In this document: one piece after another, positions 47,035 to 54,088 of the stretch
Layout of the letters: the number at the start of each line of letters is the position of its first letter
Position numbering within the stretch: the stretch's first letter is position 1
Assembly: GCA_002050235.1 (NCBI GenBank)
Contig: MWST01000033.1
Location: 1,986 to 65,985, forward strand
Length of the DNA: 64,000 bases
DNA from: Polyangiaceae bacterium UTPRO1
GTDB lineage: Bacteria; Desulfobacterota; Binatia; UTPRO1
Direction: 5' to 3'
Position numbers and translations under genes: made by a program
Notes under the pieces: model-generated
What the model saw: the letters and a program-made list of their open reading frames with translations, nothing else
The model's database searches: none
What the model was told of the DNA's origin: nothing

Positions 47035-48627
47035 ATGATTCCCTGGCTCGGCCGTGGGCTCCTGATCGCGGCCGTGGCGGCGACGTTCGCCAACGCGGTC
47101 GGCAACGGCTTCGTCTACGACGACCAGCTGTTGATCGTCGACGATCCCGCCGTGCGTATGCCGCTCTCGTCCGGCTTTGCGGGGTTGCACTACCGGCCGC
47201 TGCGCACGCTCTCCTACCGCCTCGATCACGCCGTCGCCGGCATGGACCCACGTGCGTTCCACCTGAGCAACATCCTCTATCACGGCGCCACGACGCTGCT
47301 GGTGCATGCGGCGCTCGGCGCCCTCGACGCCTCGCCTGCGGCGGCGCTCGCGGGGGCGCTCGTCTTCGCCGTGCATCCGGTGCAGGCGGACGCGGTGAGC
47401 TACGCCGCCGGCCGCCGTGACGTGCTCTGCGGGCTCTTCTACGCGCTCGGCGTCGTCGCCTATCTGCGCTGGCGCCGCCGTCCGCACCCGGCTCTGCTCG
47501 CGCTCGTCGCCGCCGCCTACGTGCTCGCGATCCTCGCCAAGGAGATGGCGATCACCTTGCCGCTCGTCTGCCTCCTGATCGATCGCTGGGAGCGTCGGCG
47601 CCCGGGCCTGGCGCCGGCGGCGGGAGCGCTGACGGCGCGGCGCCTGGCGTATCTCGCAGCCCTCGCAGTGGCGGGCGCGCTGGCACTCGGGTTCGCCTAT
47701 GGCGGGCACGTGCTCCACATCGCCACCGCGCGTCCGTGGCACGGCGGCAGTTTCGCCGCCAACGCGGCGACGGTGGGCCGGGTGTGGGTGAAATACGCAG
47801 AGCTCGTCGTCTGGCCGACGAGGCTCTCGGCCGACTACAGCTACGACGCGTTTCCGGTCTCGACGACGCTCTTCGACCCGCTGGCGCTCGCGAGCTTCGT
47901 CGTGCTCGCCGGGCTCGCCGCGGCCGCGGTCTGGCGCTGGCGGCGCGGCGACCTGATCGGCCTCGGGCTGACGTGGGCCGCCGTTGCCCTCCTGCCCGTC
48001 TCGCATCTCGTGCCCTTCCGCGAGCTCCTGGCGGAGCACTACCTCTACGTACCCATGATGGGGATCGCGCTCGTCGCCGCCGGAGTGGTCGACGGAGCCC
48101 TCGCTCGCTGGCCGGGGCGGCGGACCATCGTAGCGGCCGGCGTCCTCGTGGTCGTCGGCGCGCTCGCCGCCCGGACGGTCGTGCGCAACCGCGACTGGAG
48201 GGATCGCGTCACCCTCTGGTCGGCGACGGTGGCGGTGGTGCCGCGCTGCGCCCGCGCCCAGTACAACCTCGGCCAGGCGTATTTCGAGCGCAACCGCTTC
48301 GCCGACGCCGAGCAGGCGTGGCTGGAGGCGGCGGCGCTCGAGCCCGGTGATATCGAAACCGTCCGTAGTCTCGCCAAGCTCTATTACCGCATCGGGAAGT
48401 ACGATCTGGCGGCGGCGAAGATCGCCGCCGTCATTGCCGCCAAGTCCGGCGACGGCGAGGCGTGGACGCTCGCCGGCTACATCGCGCTCGATCGCGGTAT
48501 GCCGGAGCAGGCCAGGGAGTATTTCGACGGTGCCCTGGAGCGCCTGCCCGCCGCTCGGACCGCGCCGGCGCAGGCGGGTCGGGAGCGGGCGCAGCGCGCC
48601 GCCGGCGGCGCGGCGAGGACGCCGTGA
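47035..48627 (+). CDS. GT-C-fold membrane glycosyltransferase-like protein with C-terminal TPR repeats (PMT_2/TMTC-like)
   Basis: About 10 TM segments with a first-loop GFVYDD acidic motif, then TPR-like repeats (AQYNLGQAYFERNRFADAEQAWLEAAALEP...LAKLYYRIGKYDLAA); 19 nt after gspD. Confidence 0.55.
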   Translation: MIPWLGRGLLIAAVAATFANAVGNGFVYDDQLLIVDDPAVRMPLSSGFAGLHYRPLRTLSYRLDHAVAGMDPRAFHLSNILYHGATTLLVHAALGALDASPAAALAGALVFAVHPVQADAVSYAAGRRDVLCGLFYALGVVAYLRWRRRPHPALLALVAAAYVLAILAKEMAITLPLVCLLIDRWERRRPGLAPAAGALTARRLAYLAALAVAGALALGFAYGGHVLHIATARPWHGGSFAANAATVGRVWVKYAELVVWPTRLSADYSYDAFPVSTTLFDPLALASFVVLAGLAAAAVWRWRRGDLIGLGLTWAAVALLPVSHLVPFRELLAEHYLYVPMMGIALVAAGVVDGALARWPGRRTIVAAGVLVVVGALAARTVVRNRDWRDRVTLWSATVAVVPRCARAQYNLGQAYFERNRFADAEQAWLEAAALEPGDIETVRSLAKLYYRIGKYDLAAAKIAAVIAAKSGDGEAWTLAGYIALDRGMPEQAREYFDGALERLPAARTAPAQAGRERAQRAAGGAARTP

Positions 48628-49487
48628 GCGCCGGCACCCCGCCGCTCCGTATCGTCGTTGCCGGCGAGCGCCGCGCACCGTGGACGGCGCCGCTCGCGAT
48701 GGCACGGGCCGTGTGGTCGGCGCGCGGCGTCGTCCACGCGCTCGTCGTCCGCGATCTTCGCGGTCGCTACGTCGGGTCGATGCTCGGCGCGTTCTGGTCG
48801 ATCGCGCAGCCGCTCCTCCAACTCGCGACCTACACGTTCGTCTTCGCGACGGTGATGAAGGTGCGAGTAGCGGATGCCGCGGGCGGCGAGGTGCCGTTCG
48901 TCCTCTACCTCGCCTGCGGACTCTTCCCGTGGCTCGCGATCCAGGAGGCGGTGACGCGCGGAGTCACGTGCTTGGTCGACAATCCGACGCTGGTCAAGCG
49001 GGTGATCTTCCCGGTCGAGGTGCTGCCGGTCGAGCTCGCCGGCGCCGCGATCGTGCAACAGGTGATCGCGACGGCGCTGCTGCTCGTACTCATGGCGGCG
49101 TTCGGTTTCCCGCCGCGTCCGGCGCTGGCGGTGTGGCCGCTGTTGCTCGCGGCCGAGGTCGGCATTGCCGTCGGCATAGCCTGGGCCGTGGCGGCCTTGC
49201 ACGTCTTGTTCCGTGATACCGCGCAGGTCCTGGGCGTGCTGCTGCCGGTCTGGTTCTATCTGACGCCGATCCTCTACCCGCAGCACCTGGTGCCGCCGTT
49301 CCTGCAGCCGGTGCTGGCGCTGAACCCGCTCACCGAGCTCGTGCAGGCGCACCGCGACGTGCTGCTCTCCGGCATCGTGCCGACGGCCGCCGCCGGCCTG
49401 CGGATCGCCGTCACGAGCCTCGTCTTCTTCGCCTGCGGCGCCTGGGTCTTCACGCGGGCCCGAGGCGAGCTCGCAGACCTGGTGTGA
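48624..49487 (+). CDS. wzm: ABC-2 type polysaccharide export permease (Wzm/KpsM-like)
   Basis: 6-TM ABC-2 permease; RGVVHALVVRDLRGRYVGSMLGAFWSIAQPLLQLATYTFVF; GTG 48624 overlaps the preceding TGA (alternative ATG 48687). Confidence 0.8.
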   Translation: MSAGTPPLRIVVAGERRAPWTAPLAMARAVWSARGVVHALVVRDLRGRYVGSMLGAFWSIAQPLLQLATYTFVFATVMKVRVADAAGGEVPFVLYLACGLFPWLAIQEAVTRGVTCLVDNPTLVKRVIFPVEVLPVELAGAAIVQQVIATALLLVLMAAFGFPPRPALAVWPLLLAAEVGIAVGIAWAVAALHVLFRDTAQVLGVLLPVWFYLTPILYPQHLVPPFLQPVLALNPLTELVQAHRDVLLSGIVPTAAAGLRIAVTSLVFFACGAWVFTRARGELADLV

Positions 49488-50698
49488 CCGTGATCGCGGT
49501 GCGAGCGGAGAATCTCGGCAAGGCCTATCGGCTCTACGCGCGCCCGCTCGATCGGGCGCTCGAGTGGCTCTCGCGGCGGTCGCGACACCGGGAGTTCTGG
49601 GCGCTCCAGGCCCTCGACCTCGACGTGCGCGCCGGCGAGTCGGTCGGAATCATCGGCGAGAACGGCGCCGGCAAGTCGACGCTGCTGGCGCTCTTGACCG
49701 GCACGGCGCGGCCGACGACCGGGCGCGTCGCGGTGCGCGGCACGCTGGCCGCGATCCTCGAGCTCGGCGCCGGATTCCACCCCGAGTTCAGCGGCCGGCA
49801 CAATGCCCGGATGCACGCGGCGCTCTTCGGCATCACCGGCGGCGATGCCGAGCGGCGCATCGAAGAGGCGATCGCCTTCTCCGAGCTCGGAAGCTTCATC
49901 GACCAGCCCGTGCGCACGTACTCGTCGGGCATGTACGTGCGTCTCGCCTTCGCCCTCGCCGTCAGCGTCGATCCCGACGTGCTCGTCATCGACGAGGCGC
50001 TCGCCGTCGGCGACCAGCACTTCCAGACGAAGTGCGTCGATCGCATCACCGAGTTCCGCGAACGCGGCAAGACGATTCTCTTCTGCTCGCACGCGATGTA
50101 CCAGGTGAAGAAGCTCTGCGATCGCGCGCTCTGGCTGCGCCGGGGGAGGACGGCGGCGCTCGGGTCCGCCGACGAGGTGATCGACGCCTACCTCGAGTAC
50201 ACGCGCGCCCGCGATGCCGAGCAGGCGGTGTCGCCGGCGGCGGCCGGGCGTGACCCGGCGCTCCTGCGGCTCGTCGATGTTGTCATCGAGGGCGGAGAGG
50301 GCGGCGATCCGCCGACCTGGCGGAGCGGTGCGCCGTTCACGGCGCGGGTCGTGCTCGAACGCAGCCGCGACGCGGGCATCGAACCGGGGGTCGGCATCGC
50401 CTTCGTGCGCAACGACGGACTCGTTTGTTATTGCGTGTCTACCGAGATGGACGGGGTGGCGATGCATGCCCGCGCCGACGGTCGCTTCGAGGCGGCGCTG
50501 CACGTACCCAGCCTGCCGCTGCTCGGCGGCGGCTACTACCTGAACGTGGCTACGACCGACAACCGCTCGGCGCTCATCGTCTACGACGTACGGGAGCGCT
50601 GCTGCCCTTTCCGCGTGCGCAATCCCTCCGACGAGTACGGCGTGGTGCGGATGGATCACCAGTGGCTCGGACCACGCAGCGGATCCGGCTGCGATTGA
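49484..50698 (+). CDS. wzt: polysaccharide ABC exporter ATP-binding protein with C-terminal carbohydrate-binding extension (Wzt-like)
   Basis: Walker A GENGAGKST, signature YSSGMYVRLAFA, Walker B VLVIDEALAVGD; about 155 extra C-terminal residues beyond the NBD. Confidence 0.82.
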   Translation: MTVIAVRAENLGKAYRLYARPLDRALEWLSRRSRHREFWALQALDLDVRAGESVGIIGENGAGKSTLLALLTGTARPTTGRVAVRGTLAAILELGAGFHPEFSGRHNARMHAALFGITGGDAERRIEEAIAFSELGSFIDQPVRTYSSGMYVRLAFALAVSVDPDVLVIDEALAVGDQHFQTKCVDRITEFRERGKTILFCSHAMYQVKKLCDRALWLRRGRTAALGSADEVIDAYLEYTRARDAEQAVSPAAAGRDPALLRLVDVVIEGGEGGDPPTWRSGAPFTARVVLERSRDAGIEPGVGIAFVRNDGLVCYCVSTEMDGVAMHARADGRFEAALHVPSLPLLGGGYYLNVATTDNRSALIVYDVRERCCPFRVRNPSDEYGVVRMDHQWLGPRSGSGCD

Positions 50699-50766
50699 CG
50701 CGGAGGGTCGCAATGGATACGACGCGGGATCGCATGCGACTCGGGGGGCGGGGCGAAGAGGAAGAG

Positions 50767-51192
50767 ATGGATCGCGCGACGGCGCTGGCAAGGATTTTCT
50801 TGGTGATGCTGGGCGTCGCGCTCGTCGCCTCGAGCGGCTGTCAGAAAGCCGACCCGGTCGCGGCCCTGAAGGAGCGGGTGGCGTCGTACTGGGGGCTCAA
50901 GCAATCCAAGAGCTGGCCCGAGGTCTATGACAAGTACGTCGATCCCGAAGCCAAGAAGACGCTTGGCCGCGACGCCTTCCTGAAGCGGCGATTCCTGGCC
51001 TTCGACATCCTAAGTTACGAGATCGGCGCTGTTCAGGAGGTAGGGGACACGGCCACGGTTGAGGTCGCCAACGAGGTCAACGTCCCCCTCAAGACGCCCC
51101 AGGGCGAGCTCACCTTCATCAAGAAGCAGGTTGCCACGAAAGATCAGTGGGTACGGCGGGATGGAATCTGGTACGTGGTCCTCGGCGAGTAG
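50767..51192 (+). CDS. small periplasmic lipoprotein (NTF2/DUF4878-like)
   Basis: MDRATALARIFLVMLGVALVASSGC signal with a lipobox-like SSGC; 141 aa; alternative upstream ATGs at 50713 and 50734. Confidence 0.4.
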   Translation: MDRATALARIFLVMLGVALVASSGCQKADPVAALKERVASYWGLKQSKSWPEVYDKYVDPEAKKTLGRDAFLKRRFLAFDILSYEIGAVQEVGDTATVEVANEVNVPLKTPQGELTFIKKQVATKDQWVRRDGIWYVVLGE

Positions 51193-51203
51193 GGGCTCGA
51201 GCC

Positions 51204-51233
51204 TTGACACCTTTCGAGGCCCCGAGGTAGGAT
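51204..51233 (+). promoter_or_regulatory. candidate sigma70 promoter TTGACA - 17/18 nt - TAGGAT upstream of the secreted-protein gene
   Basis: gccTTGACAcctttcgaggccccgaggTAGGATgcg read in the 246-nt gap 51193-51438. Confidence 0.35.
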
Positions 51234-51438
51234 GCGCCCGCGTTTTTGGCCGGAGGGTGTTCGGGGGGGTCGCGGGTCTTCCATTGGGTCTCGAATCGAC
51301 AGTCACAAAGAAGGACGCCCCTGTTGAGGACGCCCCTATGTTTTTCAGAGATCGCGCCATCACCGGACCGGCGCGATGTGCAGTAGGGTCAGTGAAGTCT
51401 CACAGCGAACGAGCGGAGACGAAAGGAGAGAGAGCACT

Positions 51439-52506
51439 ATGAGGAAGGGCATCAAGTTTGGTTTCGGAGCGGCGCTCGCGGGTGTGGCGTTGGCCACGTG
51501 TCCCGTACAGGCGGCCGAGCTGGGTGACACGGTTACCACGCTCGAGCCGGCGGTGGCGCTGGTCATGCCGTTCGACGTTACGGACGGTCGGGCGAGCTTC
51601 CAGCTCGTGAGCCGCATCGGCGGCGAGGACTCGGATCCCCTGGCGACCCACTGGTCGTTCTGGTCGGAGAGCTGCGATCACCTCGCGGACGTCTTCATCT
51701 GCTTGACCCCGCGCGACACCGTGGTCGTCGACCCGACGGCGCTCCAGGGGCAGATCCAGGTCGGCCAGACCAACACCAACACCGGCCCGGTCATCAACCT
51801 GACCGGTGAGAAGGGCTTCGTCACGGTCACCGCATTCGACGCCGACATCAACAGCCAGACCTGCGACGTCGAGGATCCGGAAGCCCCCACGGGCACCCCG
51901 GCCCTCATCGGCAGCTGGGTGGTGGCGAACACGTCGACCAACGCGGCCTTCGGCAACAACGCCATCGGCATCGTCGATGGTCAGACGATCCCGGCGGGCG
52001 GGGATTTCTTCCTGACCGGCCCGGTCGGCGCCGGTCTGTTCCTCCAGACCTTCAACCCTCTCGACCTCCAGGACTCCGAGGTTTTCTTCATCGGGCTGGC
52101 ATTCCCCGCGGGCAATGCTCAGTTCTCGGACTCCGAGGTCGGTCCGATCCCGTCGGCGCTCGTGAACGGCGCGGCCGTCTGCTGCAACGCGCAGTACTAC
52201 GACAACCTCGAGACTGCCGTCTCGCTGCCTAACGTCTGTCTGACGTGCTCGAGCACGGCAAAGATCGCGGAGAACGCGTCCCTCAAGGACATCAAGCTCC
52301 CCGCGATCATCCCGGCCTCGATCCCGGCAGAGACTTCGGGCTTCGTCCGCCTCACCAACTGCAAGGTGGGCAGCGACGAGGGTGACGTTCCGATCGGCGA
52401 CACGACGATCAACGGCATCGACTACTCGACCTTCCTCTTCGCCTATCACGGCATGGCGGTGGGTCCGTTCGGCACTTCGACGCTCGGCCGCTACACGGCC
52501 GAGTAA
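51439..52506 (+). CDS. secreted hypothetical protein (Sec signal peptide, Cys-containing, Thr/Asn/Gly-rich)
   Basis: MRKGIKFGFGAALAGVALATCPVQA|AELG signal peptide with an AGGAGAGAGAG Shine-Dalgarno; 355 aa. Composition is depleted in Arg/Ala relative to neighbours. No recognisable family. Confidence 0.6.
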   Translation: MRKGIKFGFGAALAGVALATCPVQAAELGDTVTTLEPAVALVMPFDVTDGRASFQLVSRIGGEDSDPLATHWSFWSESCDHLADVFICLTPRDTVVVDPTALQGQIQVGQTNTNTGPVINLTGEKGFVTVTAFDADINSQTCDVEDPEAPTGTPALIGSWVVANTSTNAAFGNNAIGIVDGQTIPAGGDFFLTGPVGAGLFLQTFNPLDLQDSEVFFIGLAFPAGNAQFSDSEVGPIPSALVNGAAVCCNAQYYDNLETAVSLPNVCLTCSSTAKIAENASLKDIKLPAIIPASIPAETSGFVRLTNCKVGSDEGDVPIGDTTINGIDYSTFLFAYHGMAVGPFGTSTLGRYTAE

Positions 52507-52539
52507 TTCCGTCCTAGACGGAATTCGTCGAGTGAAAAA

Positions 52540-52580
52540 CGGGGGGACGACGTCTAGTGCGTCGTCCCCTCTCTTTTTGT
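52540..52580 (+). terminator. rho-independent terminator
   Basis: GGGGGACGACG-tctagtg-CGTCGTCCCC followed by TCTCTTTTTGT, 34 nt after the stop at 52506. Confidence 0.75.
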
Positions 52581-52606
52581 CCGCGATCGTGAGCTAGGAA
52601 GCCTGG

Positions 52607-54040
52607 ATGAGTGTTCTCTTGCGGCTCCTCCTCGTGCCGCTCGTCGTGGTAGCCCTGGGATGCCGCCCGAAAGGGCCGGAGCTCGGCGAGATCGAGCGGC
52701 TGAATGGTGAGACCGGCAACGTCGGACGCTACCAGGTAGCGTACTACGCCTCGATCTACGCGCTGCCGAACGGCGGTGCCGTGGCAGCGTGGATGCGCGA
52801 GGAGCCCCCGTATCGTCCGGTCGTCTTCCGCCAGGCACCCGAGGCCCTTCAGCCGTTCGGGCCCGAGGCGTACCTGAGCCCCGATTCCATGCTGAAGACG
52901 ATCACCATCGGCCTCACCATGCTGCCGGGCCCGAGCGGGGGAGAGTTCTACGCGGCCTGGCAGGCGCGCAAGCCCGAGACCGGGGACAAGTTCATCGTCT
53001 TTCGCAGCACCCGGGATGGGGGTGCCACCTGGGCGGAGCCGCGCCAGTTGAATACCGAGCCCATGGCGTTCGCGCCGTCGATCGCGACCGATCGCCACGG
53101 CGGCGTGACGGTCGCCTGGCCCGATGAGCGCGGGTACACGACCGGGATCTTCGCCAACACCTCCTTCGATCGCGGTGCTACCTGGCTGCCGCAGGAGGTG
53201 CGGATCGACGGCGGCGAGGGCGGCGGCTTCATGGCGAACGCGGTCTCGGTGGCGAGCGACGGCGAGAAGCGCGTGATCGCAGCCTGGGAGGAGCAGGGCG
53301 GGAAGGCCGGCCGGGTAGTGATGGTCGCTCTTTCGAACGATCGCGGCGCAACATGGGCGCCGCCGGTGCGGGTCGACGACGGCAGGGGACGCGGCGCTCC
53401 GCTCGCTCCGCGCGCCGCCTTTGCCGGAGACCGCGCCGTCGTCCTGTGGACGGCAGCAGTGAGCGGCGTCAATGCGTTCGCCGAGGTCTGGGCGGATTCC
53501 TCGGTCGACGGGGCGCACTGGGGCGAGGACGTGCTCTTGCACGAGCAGCCGGGCGGTGCGGCGCCCATAGCGCAGCTCTACTCCGACGGAGAGCGGGCGG
53601 CGGCCGTGTTCGAGGCGGCGGCCAGAGGCGGGAGCGAGTCGGTATTTTTCGTCCGGCTCGAGAAGGATGGCTCCTGGACTCCGGGCAAGGATGCGCTGGC
53701 GCCGCTCACGCCCCCGAGCGTGAAGGCCGGCGCGCCGCGCCTCGTCGCCGCGGCCGACGGCACGCTCTTCCTGGTGTACGCGGAAGACGGTCGCAGCGTG
53801 CGCCTGCTGCGCTCGCGGGACGACGGCGCGACCTGGGAGCCGCCCGTCCTCGTCGTCGAGCGTCCCGGGGGCGAAGGTCAGCCGACGGTGCGGTTTCCGC
53901 AGGTGACCGTCGGCGGCCGCACCGCCTACGTGATGTGGGAGGAGTGGGGCGACGCGCGCGCCGTCATCAAGACGCTCGGCGACGCGCAGACCAAGCGCCC
54001 GCCGCTCGACCTGTACGTGCGCCGCATCGCCTTTCACTGA
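52607..54040 (+). CDS. BNR/Asp-box repeat (sialidase-fold) lipoprotein
   Basis: Signal/lipobox LVVVALGC; four Asp-box repeats STRDGGATW, SFDRGATW, SNDRGATW, SRDDGATW. Confidence 0.7.
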   Translation: MSVLLRLLLVPLVVVALGCRPKGPELGEIERLNGETGNVGRYQVAYYASIYALPNGGAVAAWMREEPPYRPVVFRQAPEALQPFGPEAYLSPDSMLKTITIGLTMLPGPSGGEFYAAWQARKPETGDKFIVFRSTRDGGATWAEPRQLNTEPMAFAPSIATDRHGGVTVAWPDERGYTTGIFANTSFDRGATWLPQEVRIDGGEGGGFMANAVSVASDGEKRVIAAWEEQGGKAGRVVMVALSNDRGATWAPPVRVDDGRGRGAPLAPRAAFAGDRAVVLWTAAVSGVNAFAEVWADSSVDGAHWGEDVLLHEQPGGAAPIAQLYSDGERAAAVFEAAARGGSESVFFVRLEKDGSWTPGKDALAPLTPPSVKAGAPRLVAAADGTLFLVYAEDGRSVRLLRSRDDGATWEPPVLVVERPGGEGQPTVRFPQVTVGGRTAYVMWEEWGDARAVIKTLGDAQTKRPPLDLYVRRIAFH

Positions 54041-54088
54041 GGATCGTGGCCGCGGCAGCGCCTCGGAGGAACAGGGGCCTGGTGAGCA

